From Octopus vulgaris (Eukaryota), in assembly GCA_951406725.2 (NCBI GenBank), contig OX597823.1:66092001-66156000 (forward strand): a stretch of 64,000 nt of DNA. Direction: 5' to 3'. The translations under genes were made by a program, and so were the position numbers. The notes below the pieces were generated by a model, which was not told the DNA's origin, made no database searches, and saw only the letters and a program-made list of their open reading frames with translations. How positions within the stretch are numbered: position 1 is the stretch's first letter; each line of letters begins with the position of its first letter. Below are positions 28,450-41,409 of the stretch, piece after piece.

Positions 28450-29465
28450 AGCTAGCTAATCGTAACACAGTGCCTGGTCTAGCACTAAATGCTTAGCTTT
28501 ATTCTTCCGCCTCTTTACGTTCCGAATTCAAATACCCCAGAGGTCAGCTTTCCCTTTTATCCCTACGAGGTTAATATAATAAAAAACAGCTGCCTCCGTG
28601 GCAAAATTTGAAGCTATTAGTATTATTGTTATTATTATTCATATATTCAAGGCGGCGAGCTGTCAGAAACGTTAGCACGCCGGGCGAAATGCTTAGCAGT
28701 CTTTCGTCTGCCGCTACGTTCTGAGCTCTAATGCCGTCGAGGTCGACTTTGCCTTTAATCCTTTCGGGTCGATAGATTAAGTACTAGTTACGCACTGGGG
28801 TCGATTTAATCGACTTAATCCGTTTGTCTGTCCTTGTTTGTCCTCTCTATGTTTAGCCCCTTGTGGGTAGTAAATAAATAGGTATTTCCTCCGCCTTTAA
28901 AAGAAAAAAAGGCGGTGAGCTGGCAGAATAGTTAGCACGCCGGGCAAAATGCTTTGTGGTATTTCGTCCGCCGCTACGTTCTGAGATCAAATTCTGCCGA
29001 GGTCGGCTTTGCCTTTTATCCTTTCGGAGTCGATAAATTAAGGACCAGTTACGCACTGGAGTAGATATAATCGACTTAGTCCGTTTGTTTGTCCTTGTTT
29101 GTCCTTTCTGTGTTTAGTCCCTTGTGGGTAGTAAAGAAATAGGTATTTCGTCCGTTTTTACGTTTGGAGTTCAAATTCCGCCGAGGTCAACTTTGCCTTT
29201 CATCCTTTCGGGGTCGATAAATTAAGTACCAGTTACGCACTGGGGTCGATGTAATCGACTTAATGCGTTTACCTGTCCTTGTTTGTCCTCTCTGTGGGTA
29301 GTAAAGAAATAGGTATTTCGTCTGCCGCGAAGTTTTGAGTTCAAATTTGCCTTTCATCCCTTTGTGGTCGATAGATTAAGTACCAGTTAAACACTGGGGT
29401 CTATATAGTTGGCTCATCCCCTCCCCCAAAATTGCTGCCCATGTGGCAAAATTTGAAACCATTAT
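28450..29465 (+). mobile_element. Tandem multimer of SINE family B (about 5 full or partial units)
   Basis: Repeated ggcggcgagctg..ttagcacgccgggcgaaatgc..gaggtcgactttgcctttcatcctttcggggtcgataaattaagtaccag at ~28450, 28651, 28911, 29142 and 29312; ends aaatttgaaacc(att)n. Confidence 0.9.
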
Positions 29466-32400
29466 TATTGATGTATTCGATATTTTAATAAAAGAATAAA
29501 CAAAATACAGTATATTTGATTAAATATGTATCATATTTGATGATATCACCAGATACCTTGCTTAATTTATCTCATTGCTGATTGGTTAGTAGTATAACGG
29601 TAATATCCATTAATTTTTGGGATGTTTTCTTCTGCTTTGTAAATGAAATAGTCAATCTTAAGCAATGAATTTTCGGCCTCATATGAACAAAGACGTTGTG
29701 CCTGAAGGCTATTAACGTCGAATACCGTAGTTTATATTTAGGTTTTTTCATGGAGAATGGTTATACTTGCAGACTTACCATGCGATAGATATATGAAAGC
29801 TGCATATGATCACCGCATAAATACATTTATATAATAATGAAATACTTTACGCACGATTATACTTTGCGTTAAATATTATAGTTGAAATGAAAACCTAGAA
29901 AATCCGAAAGAAAACGCTTAGACTGGGAAGTGAAATTTTCTTCTATTTTCATAAGTTTTCATAATATTACTGAAATAACACGTAAACAATTATTCTAAAT
30001 ATTGATAGATACTGGAAATGTCATACTCTAAGCTGAGGGGATTCGGCAGTAAAATCAATGACAAATGACAAAACATGTCTCTGAATAACTATTTAATGAT
30101 ATATCGATATGTGTATTGCTAATATTATAATAATAATGATAATAACAATGAAGATGATGAACCCTAATACAGGTGCAATATCTCTTATTTTGACGACAGG
30201 AGTAATCGATTATATCGACTATAATCCTATAGAAGAATAAATGCAGAGCTTATGATGGCGAAAGAAAGAACTCAAATAGTACAAGAAAGGAAATAGATTC
30301 ACATTCATTTATTTTCTCCAATACGCTAGCATCAAACGTAGGCGAAATATCAATTATTACATAAATTATAGTCACTTTTGTACACTCACACGTGACTTCA
30401 AGGATATTTAATCTTCGGAGGCAAAGACACTTATTACAGCAATCTATATAATTAACCTATGTACTACTGAAAGTTATAACGATTGCCGTGAAAATAGGTA
30501 AACAGCCGCTTTAGAACAAAAACAACCGACAGTGATAATTACGTCAATTCAAGTTTCAGCAGGGAGCCGTTGTCATTGTGCCAACACGTATACAATGAGT
30601 GGGTGCTTTTAAATATGTATTGTTCAGGAAATGTGATATATAAAGTTTAAAGACAATAAATTTATTTCTGCTACTACTACACATATAGAAGCCCAGTCGA
30701 ATAACAGTGCTGTTTCTTTGAGTTTAACAGAGTGATGGCGTTATCATCACTTTTCATTAACCTACTTGATATATTCTTACGACCTTTAAACTCGATAATG
30801 AAATTAAATTTATTGCTGAGTTTAAACAACGAATATGTGGTTCCATGTAAACAATGAATTATTACGAGCATTACGAAAATACAAAAACAAAAGGAAATTA
30901 ATATTTCTGTGAAACATCATTAAGAAAATATGGAGTCAACTCCCAGCGGGTTCTTATATTTTTTTATTTTTTTCCGCTATATTTTTTAGTCTGCAAAAGC
31001 GAGCTTTGTCTAAATGTAAATATAAATTCATTGTTGAATCCTAGGTTACCCAACAATACATTTAATATTAAATTTAATTATTTGAATATTGTAAATTTTC
31101 ATAAATGGACGTTGCTTTTCTATAGATGAATGTTCCACACATAGCGAGAATAGTATTTGAAACAAAAGAATTTACAAATCATTCTCTTTGACAAAGTTTG
31201 GTTTTTATAAATTTATACTTATATGTATTCCATCTTTTTATTACCTATATTTTGCGTACATTTCTCTTAAAAGTTATTTCTATGGAATTAATTATTACGC
31301 TGGATATATGAAATTACATATTCATTGAAATTTAATGAATTAGAGTTGGAAAATGAAGCCACAAAATTGTTTATTTTTTTATTTTTGTTTAATCCCTTGA
31401 TAAAGAAGAAGATTCAGACAATTTGTTTTGATAGCTTAGATTATTTCTGGTTGATGTTTTATGGTTAAAAATATGTACAATAATAATCTGGCGAAAAGTT
31501 TTGAAGTCATAAATAGCAACATGCAGGAAGAAATTGTTACGCCGTTCTAATTATCAACTAAAACAATTTGCCTGAATTATTAAAATATTATTTGAATTAT
31601 TTCAATGTTATGCTAATATACTTGAAAATTATTAAAAAATGGTATCAGCATATCTTTCAACTTCGTCGCCTTTTTAAAAAATATATTTTAACAGCGTGAG
31701 TTTAAATTCCATGCTTGCCATTATACAAATGAATTACAAAATATTGAGTATTGTGTGAGGAAAACATAATGGAGCAAATAAAGGTGGGCTTAAGAGAATT
31801 GGATTTGAAAACAGATAGTTTTATTATGGGGATAAAGAAACAATAAAGATGACGTTTATTTATTATGATTATTAATACAGGAACCGATTTTTGCAATGTT
31901 ATGAATAGTGTATACGAAATTGGTTTTTATATAAAAATAAATGTATAGTTTGAGTCAAATAGCCTGCTTGTTTTGTGCTTTATATTTCCGATGTTTCAGC
32001 TATAAATTTCATGAATTATTCATTTTGTAGTGTTATTTTTTAAAATTGATCTGTACATATTCAGATATTTCATTATTTAGACCGTGCCATTATCGTTGGC
32101 GTCCATGTTATCGTTGTTGTTAGTGATGCTACTGCCGTTCTTGATACTGTTGTTCAATATTTGAAGTCAAATCTTTTGATCAGATCTCTAACTAATGCAT
32201 TTGGCATTGTCCATCGTGGCATTTGCTTCAGTTATAATGTATTTACAACACATCATCCACAGTCTCTTTCTTTGTTTTACAATTATAGAACATATTGTTT
32301 GACTGCAAACCCAATCGGACCAAGTGAAGTAATTATTCACACCATCCTTGCAAAATATACAAATACCCACTAATACAAACGAAGCACAAGCACTTCGTAG

Positions 32401-33240
32401 TTTAATATAAAGTGATGGGTTCATTGCAGTACTTTAATGAAAGACTAGACAAAGAAATGAAACACACAACAATCACAACAATCACAACAATAGTTGGGAT
32501 ACGTAACAGTTTTATACGATAGCGGAAGTACTCATCACTAATTCTGTATTGTGTGACACTATGCGCAACCTCTTGTACTTTTTCAGTGGGGACTCCAAAA
32601 CGTAAACGTGGATGGAGCCCGGATGTAAGACTCAACTGCCTAAGTAATTTTAGTTGAAATTTACGAAAGATTCAACAAAAATTACTTAACTTTCTGTTTA
32701 GGTAGTAAGTATCTATGAGCGTGTTCTATTCATCAATAAACAACTGGTCGTCAACTCCAACATCGTCCACTTCTACCCCTAATTTATGCTTATATGTATG
32801 TTGTCGTTTTATTACAATCTCTTAATCCTCATCGACTTTTCCCAATCACGAATAATCCACAGGCAAATACAGTACCTTACGCCAAACAACCTACCACTAA
32901 TTTAATGAATGCATCTCACGGTGAGTCATTACAATCTAAATCCCTTCGACAGTGCAATACAAGTAACGTTTATATCAAGGTGATAGCATCCTATACCACA
33001 CTATTTAAGCTTGAGCAGCGTTCTTCTTGAGCCCATATTGCTAAACCACAAGTTTGGCCTCATTATGATTTAGAAACTTTCCTACCAAAAGTACTTAGGA
33101 CTACATCCCCCAAAATTTACCCTTTATTTAAGGATTCATAAATATTTCACTCCAACACTGACATTATACAAATCTTAGGTAAAGCCAATAATTAAGTTTG
33201 TTACATCTGTACGATGTTGCTGTTGGGCACAGAGAACCTA

Positions 33241-34916
33241 CACTTGAGTCGGAAATTAATTAGCACTCCTCAAATTTCTACATTTTCTTACATTTTCTTA
33301 ATTTAATTAACTTATTATCAGAAACGAACTCGTTTTTAATCAAAAATTTATTAAAACATATCCCAGCACACCACATAATTGTTATTAATCGTGAAATTTA
33401 GTTAATATCGTGTTGCTCCTCCTTTGGCAGCAATGACAGCTGATACGCGGGTCGGCATGCTGTCTATGAGTGCCTGCAGGTACTGTGCAGGGATGGCCCT
33501 CCATGCAGCAAGAAGTGCCCCAAACAGCTTCTGTCGGTTCCTGTATTGCTGCACATTCAAATCCCTACCCAATCGACTCCAGAGGTTCTCAATAGGGTTC
33601 AGGTCAGGTGACTGGCCAGGCCAGTCCATGACCGTCACCCCATGGTCCTTGACGAAACTGGTTGTGAGCTTGGCTGTGTGGGAAGGCGCGTTGTCCTGCT
33701 GGAGCACGTACTCCTCGCCACCAAAGAGGTATCCCGTACTATCTCAACGTACTTTGCTGCGTTGATGTTGCCTTCGACGGCATAGAGCCGCCCAACACCA
33801 CTGTAGCTGAACGCCCCTCACACCATCAGACCACCCCCACCATGCTTCATGGTGGGAGCAATGCAGTCTTTGTTGAAGCGCTCACCCCTGCGGTGTCGCA
33901 CATGGACAGGCTTGTCACTGATGAGACTGAATTGCGACTCGTCAGTGAACATCACTGTCCACTACTGCTGCACAGTCCATGTCTTGTGGGCTGTAAGGAG
34001 CGGCTTATGGGCGGCCCTACAGGATTTTAGACCAGCTTCCAGTAATCTGGTCTTGACGGTAGTTGTAGACAACTGCTTCCCTGTCATCTTTTGCATCTCC
34101 TCCGCCAGTTGCTGGCTCGTTGCCCTTCGGTTGTACAGTAACTTTCGGATCAGCATCCGGTCCTCCCGCTGGGTCATCAGCCTCTTCCGTCCCCTACCCT
34201 TTTTGTCAGCTGCTGATCCGGTTTCCTCGTATTTCTTAAATAAGCACTGAATTGTGCGCCTGGCTACACCAAGTTTTCTGGCTATTGCAGCCTCCGACAG
34301 CTTCCCACGCCACGAGAGAGCCTCGTACCGTCTCTCCAAGATCATGCGAGGTCTTGGGCCCATCTAGGAATGAACGATAAAAACCAGTTATTTTCATTAA
34401 AACTATTCATTTGAATAATGTTTATGCTATAACAAAACTGCTATGAGTTATTATTCATTAAACAAAAAAGAAAGAAAGCAGAATTTCTCACCTTATTTGA
34501 TGTATAACAGAAAGTTTTGTGAACCGGAAGTGACATCATCAAGCAGAGTGTAGGAGAATTTGTGAGGAAAAAAAATCTTGCAAATACACAAATCAATTAA
34601 CCTACGAGCTGTTCAAAACGTCTTACGCGATGAGAAAACTTAGTACGTTGTGATTTCGGTCCTTGCGAGGCGCTACCTATATCTATTAAACAAAGGAAGA
34701 TTTGTCTGCATCCGCACTCCAAGTTGTTGTTGCACTGATATGTCAACATCATTAGGCTGTAGACTCTCAAACTGCTCTGCAAACAAAGTTACGTCATCGT
34801 TCTGCGCAACAGTGAACTCACAACAAAGCAATAGTTCGAGATATGGCCACTAGGTGACAACAAATACCTTGAGTGAAGAGCAAATCGAGGGTGCTAATTA
34901 ATTTCTGACGGTAGTG
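33241..34916 (-). mobile_element. Tc1-like DNA transposon (DD34E) with both ~30 bp TIRs and a TA target duplication
   Basis: Left cacttgagtcggaaattaattagcactcctc vs reverse-complemented right cactaccgtcagaaattaattagcaccctc; TA at 33239-33240 and 34917-34918. Confidence 0.93.
33402..34363 (-). pseudogene. Tc1 transposase, frameshifted
   Basis: N-terminal HTH (IARKLGVARRTIQ, GRKR), VMFTDES, QQDNAP, and NPIENLW with 34 residues between the second D and E; split over several frames. Confidence 0.9.
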
Positions 34917-35711
34917 TATAGTCATCCTCAGAAAGTTCACTAAGCAGACTTATTCCAACCTCTTATTTACAGGTCTGTTGCCTTTTCTCGCTATATTTTC
35001 CATCGGAATATGATGACCTGGGTTCCTTGAAGCTGATTGGCCTCGCTTAACTTTCACTCTATCTGGTTAATACTACCCGTTATCTTTGCCATAAGGGATT
35101 CTTCTTATGCTTGGGGATCTTAGAGAATTGTGTTTCATTTTTGGTACTAAAAACGAAGCAATTTTATATGCAAACTCAGAGTTTGGCCTATTAGGTTACC
35201 TTGGACAGCCGAACTTATTGCTCCTTAAGACATTTTCTAAAGCAATTTCTTATTTGTGGTTTGATGCGACATGAAGTAGCTGGTGCATCTACCTTGGTTT
35301 CTGAGTTTTAAAAATCTTCGTCTCACTATTCTTCCCAGGACATGGTTCTGCTTTTCTTTTGTAGACTTGCGGGATCAAATGTTATATCTGCACTGAACAT
35401 CTGGCATTTTTGCCCACCATTATCGTATTTGATCTTCCTGTCAATGACTTGTGTGTTCCTCATTCACATCTATTGCAGAATCAGAAGAAGGGTAAGCGTG
35501 TCACGTAGTACTTGAACTTGAGCTTTCGTTTCATTCTGGTTTAGATATTATATATAAGGTTATGTGTCTTATATATAAGGGTATGTGTGTGGGTGGAGTG
35601 CGCATGATGTTGTATGGTATGTGTTGTGAGTTAAACAGTGCGTGTGGCTGCTCGTAATGCATATATATATATATGTGTGTTTATTTATATATGTATGTAT
35701 ATATATATATA

Positions 35712-36496
35712 TACGTATAAATTCAGGATATAATCATTAGAATGATTATATCAGTGGATAGCATATAAAAACCACTATATCGGTAGAATTAATTTTTAAG
35801 TATATAATTATAAAAATATAATTATAATTAAGGACGCTGGCGGACCAATGCCAATACGCTTGAAATAGATGTCAAATATCTACAAACCACTCCAAATTTC
35901 TTCTCTTTTTAACACAAGGCTGAATGCGATGAATGGAAAAAACGATTTATAAAATTTCGGATAACTCTATATTTAAGAATTTATGTTCTGTAATAGAAAT
36001 TACTTTACAATCTTCAGTAGAAGTACATCGACAATATATAAGTGAGAAATACATATATATTCGATAAATTTCTACGCACAGATACCAATATATACTTGCA
36101 TCTACCGTGTATACATTATATCTAATCGCCCATCTCAGCCATGCTATTAATGCCAGAAATAGTACCGGAGCAAAACATAATGACTAGGGAACTCCAAATT
36201 ATATATACGTATAAATTTAGGGTATAATCATTAAAATTATTATATCAGTGGCTAGCGTATAAAAATTACCATATCGATAAAATTAATTTTATAGTCTATA
36301 ATTATAAAAATATAATTATAATTAAGGATGCTGGAGTGTCAATAACAATACGCTAGAAGTAGACGTCAAATGTCTACAAACTACTCGAAGTTCTCATTTC
36401 AACACAAGGCGGACACCAGTACTATATTCATTTCGGCACTATTTCTAGCATTAACCACATGGGTGAGATGGGCGATTAGATATAATGTATACGCGG
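35712..36496. repeat. Composite of a ~208 bp direct repeat and a ~65 bp inverted repeat between TA tracts
   Basis: 35712-35920 resembles 36204-36410; 36106-36170 is the imperfect reverse complement of 36432-36496. Confidence 0.8.
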
Positions 36497-36503
36497 GAAA
36501 CGC

Positions 36504-36534
<31 letters not shown>

Positions 36535-36630
36535 CAGTAAAATTTAGATTGAGATGAATATGGTACTTAAGTTAAAGGCACCAGAATTTAGTATGGTATG
36601 TATTATCCATATAATTCAAAATAGGGAGAT

Positions 36631-37366
36631 TATAATAAACATCAGCAACAAGGAGATCCAGAGGTAATGCAGTACGGTCGTTTCATGCGACTCCATTTAA
36701 TTGAACAATGCAAACTTTACATCAATTTAAAATGTAGAGTAATCTTCACATGCATAAAATTATAGAATTTAGTTAAATCCGAATGATTCATTTGTATGGT
36801 TTTCTTTTTATCCAAAATCACAAAGAGGACATGTAGATACACAAAGAACATGTTTTATCAACAACATCACAGTTGTAACTGAGATTTGTTCAAAGGACGG
36901 CACTGCTTACCATTGATTATATTTGTTATTCAGATTTACTAGTGGGTGGTGGGGTAGTTATAATTTATAGACTAGTTTTTTCTAGTCTAGTAGAAACTAG
37001 AATCTATCCTTTATGGATAGGGTAAGATAGACGATTTAAGTGGCAGAGTCATTAACCAAGATTTCTTTGAAGTAAAAACGATTTGGTTCAGTAAGAATAT
37101 ATTTCAGCTAAGTTTGCAGGCTAGTGCTAATGGGGTAGGGAGAGTAAAACATAGCATTAACTATTTCCCAACTATAAAAACAGTGGTATTTATATATACA
37201 CAGATACATTTTAGAGTTGTTTCAACTAAATTCTATATTTTAAGCATCTGAAGATTGCTCTACATTTTATATTGATGTAATGTTTGCATTGTTCAATTAA
37301 ATGTAGTCGCATGAAACGATCGCACTGCATTACCTCTGGATATACTTGTTGCTTATTTTGATTATA
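36631..37366. mobile_element. Inverted pLTR-like repeat (~145 bp arms, ~445 bp spacer) with an HHR-like motif in each arm
   Basis: 36631-36777 is the imperfect reverse complement of 37221-37366. Plus arm: gcat-CTGAAGA..GAAAC-gatc-GCA-ctgc (37244-37328). Minus arm: GTGAAGA..GAAAC-gacc-GTA-ctgc (36669-36753). Confidence 0.7.
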
Positions 37367-37515
37367 TATATGAGGAAAATAAGACAAGGTAGACAATGGA
37401 AATGTAATTCTATCATGAAATGCATTTATGCATTTTGTAACGGTTATATATCTCGGCACCCATAAGTACAATTTTTCAGATCTGCTAGTGCCTACCTCAC
37501 CAGCCTTCAAAAGAA

Positions 37516-37546
<31 letters not shown>

Positions 37547-37890
37547 GACAGACAGACAGAGAGACAGAGACAGACAGACAGACAGACAGACATACAGACA
37601 GGCAGACAGACAGACAGATGAATGTTCTACCTATTCGAAGGCTATGAAAATATTTACAAAACATCTCAGTCAACTTTTTCATCAATTTAATTGTTTTTCT
37701 TCTTAATTAATATCCATCCTTGTTTTACTTTTGCCGAAAAGGTTGTAAAGACAAATACCAGTACTAACCGATCTAAAATGTATTTTATGATAAAATTCTT
37801 TTAGCATTCTCTAGCTTGTATTTTCCTTATACATATCAAATCGTGTGTCAGTTTTGATTATTTTACACACACAGACACACACACATACAT

Positions 37891-37953
<63 letters not shown>

Positions 37954-38130
37954 TACACATATATGATTTTCAGCCTACCATTCCCTTTAACTTCCTTTCG
38001 CTCTCTCTCGAAGTGTATATATATATATATGTGTGTGTGTGAGTGTCTCTGTGTATGTGTTTATGTGTGCGTTCGTGTGTGCGTGTATGCATGTGTACAT
38101 ATCCACATACATATTATATATAGTTCTGTG

Positions 38131-38174
<44 letters not shown>

Positions 38175-38215
38175 AATATGTACTTACATAAGGACAACGA
38201 GGGTACGGACGCCGC

Positions 38216-38477
38216 TATATATATTATATGTAGAAAAATACAAACTGGGACAAGAACGGAAATCATTTAGAAGACGATACAAAAAATACGGACGGGATAT
38301 TCAAAGCCTTCAATCTTCAGTCAAGAACCGGATCATCCTCAGCCGAAATTGATTGGATGATCCGCTTCTTGACTGAAGATTGAAGGCTTCGAATGTCCCG
38401 TCCGTGTTTTTTGTATCGTCTTCCAAATGTTTTACGTTCTTGTCCCAGTTTGTATTTTTCTACATATAATATATATA
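38216..38477. repeat. Hairpin insert in (TA)n: ~122 bp arms, 16 nt loop, ~44 nt one-sided tail (38172-38215)
   Basis: 38216-38338 is the reverse complement of 38355-38477 with scattered mismatches. Confidence 0.9.
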
Positions 38478-38493
38478 TATATATGTATATATA

Positions 38494-39093
38494 CGAGGGG
38501 AAGTCAAAAATTATCCGCACTTCTGCCATAGCATGTTATTATTGTCACACTGCCTTCTGCGCATGCATGCTTATATTTGGTATTATTTTGGTCATGTGGT
38601 GATCGAAGTTTGAGTCAGATAGCGTCATCTTTCTTTCTGGCATTACAGTGTAAGCATGACCGCTCCACTAGCAATGCGCACCAAAGAACAAAGATCAGTG
38701 AAGTGTGAGATGGTAATGGTGAACCAGTTTACCATTACCATCTCTCGAGGTTCCTGAATCTTCTTGCCAGTGGTGGATGTTGACGGATCTCCAATTCCCT
38801 CTTCGTGCGTCACGCGTGTCCGGCCGCTATTAAACTTCTCGATCCTCCGATGATTTTCAGCACCTGACACACCATCCGACCAGAGAAATCGGATCGTTGT
38901 TTTTTGTTTTTCTTTGGCGCACATTGCCAGTGGAGCGGCCATACTTACACTGTAAAGCCAGAAGGAAAAATTGCATGATGAGGATCACGTGATCACAATA
39001 GCACCAATTATAAAAACATTTGCAGACAGGAATGTGGCAATGATAAAGATATGTTATGGCGAAGGTGCGGATAATATTTTACTTGCCCTCCTG
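38494..39093. mobile_element. Fold-back mariner derivative made of two facing 5' ends
   Basis: TIR cgaggggaagtcaaaaattatccgcac vs gtgcggataatattttacttgccctc. The start ATG(A/G)CCGCTCCACT occurs on + at ~38655 and on - at 38942. Minus peptide IRFLWSDGVSGAENHRR..KFNSGRT..PSTS is a mariner N-terminus. Confidence 0.8.
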
Positions 39094-40574
39094 TATATAT
39101 GATTACATATAGGCATGCAAATATACCCACATGTAGATAGATTTATAGACACATAAAGGGGAGGAGAGCACTATGGAGGGTACACATATAGCATCCAGGT
39201 GTTTCAGAGCAATTTCTGATCCACCCTCCTATCATTTACTCTCGACCTTCATTATGTGTTTAGGAAATCAAGCATGAAAATAAACATTGAAAATGAATAT
39301 TAGAAGGAAGGAAAGATCCAAAGTTTCGTAAAGAAATGAATTTATAAATAAATACTTTAAACATATACTTTCTTGGAAATGGGTCTCAGAATATTATTTC
39401 TTACACTTGGCTGTGGTACATTTCTAAACTGATTACACAATTGTAATTAATTTTCCCTCCGTCATTATTCTGTTTGACATTAAAGCAATATTGTTGAGAC
39501 ATTTAACATGCGATATTATTGATTAGCATTGTTACAGATTCTTAGGATACAAAACACGAATAGAATTACATGTTTCGCTATTATGACAATTCATGTCATG
39601 TTGAAAATTTAGCTGAGATTAGATGCTTTTTTTTTTTTTTAAAAAACATTTTCTCTTCATTTCATATTTTGGTTTCCTTCGCACGTTCTCAGTACATGCT
39701 GTGATTGCGTTTTCTGACCTCTTTCATTTAGATTCTTACTTTCTGTCTCACTTTCTCCCCCCCCCCCCACCTTTCTTTATATCTCACTTTCCCTCTTAAT
39801 ATTCTTCTGGTTCTCTCTCGTTCCTTTTTTCTTTTCATTCTGGTATTTCTCTTCTCCTGAAATATGTAATGAGGGAATTTTCAATAAATGTGTTCATACT
39901 GCCTAACAATCTTCCTATCAATCACCATCGTTCTCTTTCTATTGTTCCCACCATTGAACCATTGTAAATAATAGCATGTCACTCCGACTGTTTCTAAAAC
40001 AAATAGCATCTGAAGCTTCTGATTATCTTACATGCAAATTATTTCCCCATTATCGTGCTGTTCGTTGTACATTTGCATTCTCTCTCCCTCAGCCAATCAT
40101 CTCCATTTCGTTGTTTAGTTTTTCTCTGTAGTAATTGCTTCAATTCTATTTTCACACAGAAAACTTTGTTTCCATTCAAATTCAATAACGTCACGTAATA
40201 TTTATTAGATCAGATTAGATTGCTCTTGTATCAATAACATTGAATCAATATTTGGAATAGGGGAGACGTAGAGAGGCACTAAGAAGAGGGTAGCAATTGG
40301 CTAAAATGGTAATACGATTTCGTTTACTAAAAGTTGGTTAGGAGAAAAAAAACTGAACAATGGTAGTTGATTTATTCAATGACAAAAGTAACCCTCAAAT
40401 ACTAATTTTGCTTCTATCATCTATATCGGCTGCATCGAAATATGAGGCCTGCAGAAAAAAAAAAGATGGCAAGAGTCACAGGGAAATTCTCACTTTATAT
40501 ATTTTCCTGAATTGCTTTGATTTCAGATATGAGCTTTGATAAATTTTATTTCACATTCCGTATTAATACTAACG

Positions 40575-40654
<80 letters not shown>

Positions 40655-40715
40655 CATACATACTCACACACACACACACATATATATACATACATACATA
40701 ACTACATACATACAT

Positions 40716-40880
40716 ATGACAGGCTTCTTTCAGTTTCCGCCTACCGAATCCACACGCAAGGCTTTGGCCGGACCGAGGTTATAGTAGAAGGCACTCACCC
40801 AAGGTGCCACGCTGTGGGATTGAACACGGAACATTATGGTTGGTAAACAAGTTACTTACCACATAGCTACTCTTGTGCCT
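40716..40880 (-). mobile_element. SINE family A, 5' half
   Basis: gacaggcttctttcagtttccgcctacc..tagaaggcac..cccaaggtgccacgc..ttaccacatagc. Confidence 0.8.
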
Positions 40881-40920
40881 AAATGTCTACATATCTGTCG
40901 ATACATATATATATATGTCG

Positions 40921-40957
<37 letters not shown>

Positions 40958-40998
40958 GATATATATATATATAGGTGTGTGTGATTGTGTATAGAAGA

Positions 40999-41409
40999 AT
41001 ATATTAATAAAAAGAATTCCAACCTTGTCTGATTTTCACGTTTTATTTACAATCTTATAATGATATATTATAAGATAATATATTATAATTGAATAAAATA
41101 AAATGAAATAGTAGAATGTTAAATATTCATTCTGATTGAACTAGTACTTTCATGCATTGAATTCTGCAATCTTCGGGTTCATGTAGTAGTGTTGACAGTC
41201 ATGCTTCACAATTTTTGACTGTCAACACTACTACATGAACCCGAAGATTGCAGAATTCAATGCATGAAAGTACTAGTTCAATCAGAATGAATATTTAACA
41301 TTCTACTATTTCATTTTATTTTATTCAATTATAATATATTATCTTATAATATATCATTATAAGATTGTAAATAAAACGTGAAAATCAGACAAGGTTGGAA
41401 TTCTTTTTA

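Noticed and set aside
28651-29465. Regularly repeated blocks resembling a CRISPR array
   Set aside because: The intervening sequences are also repeated, the units are SINE copies, the context is eukaryotic and there are no cas genes.
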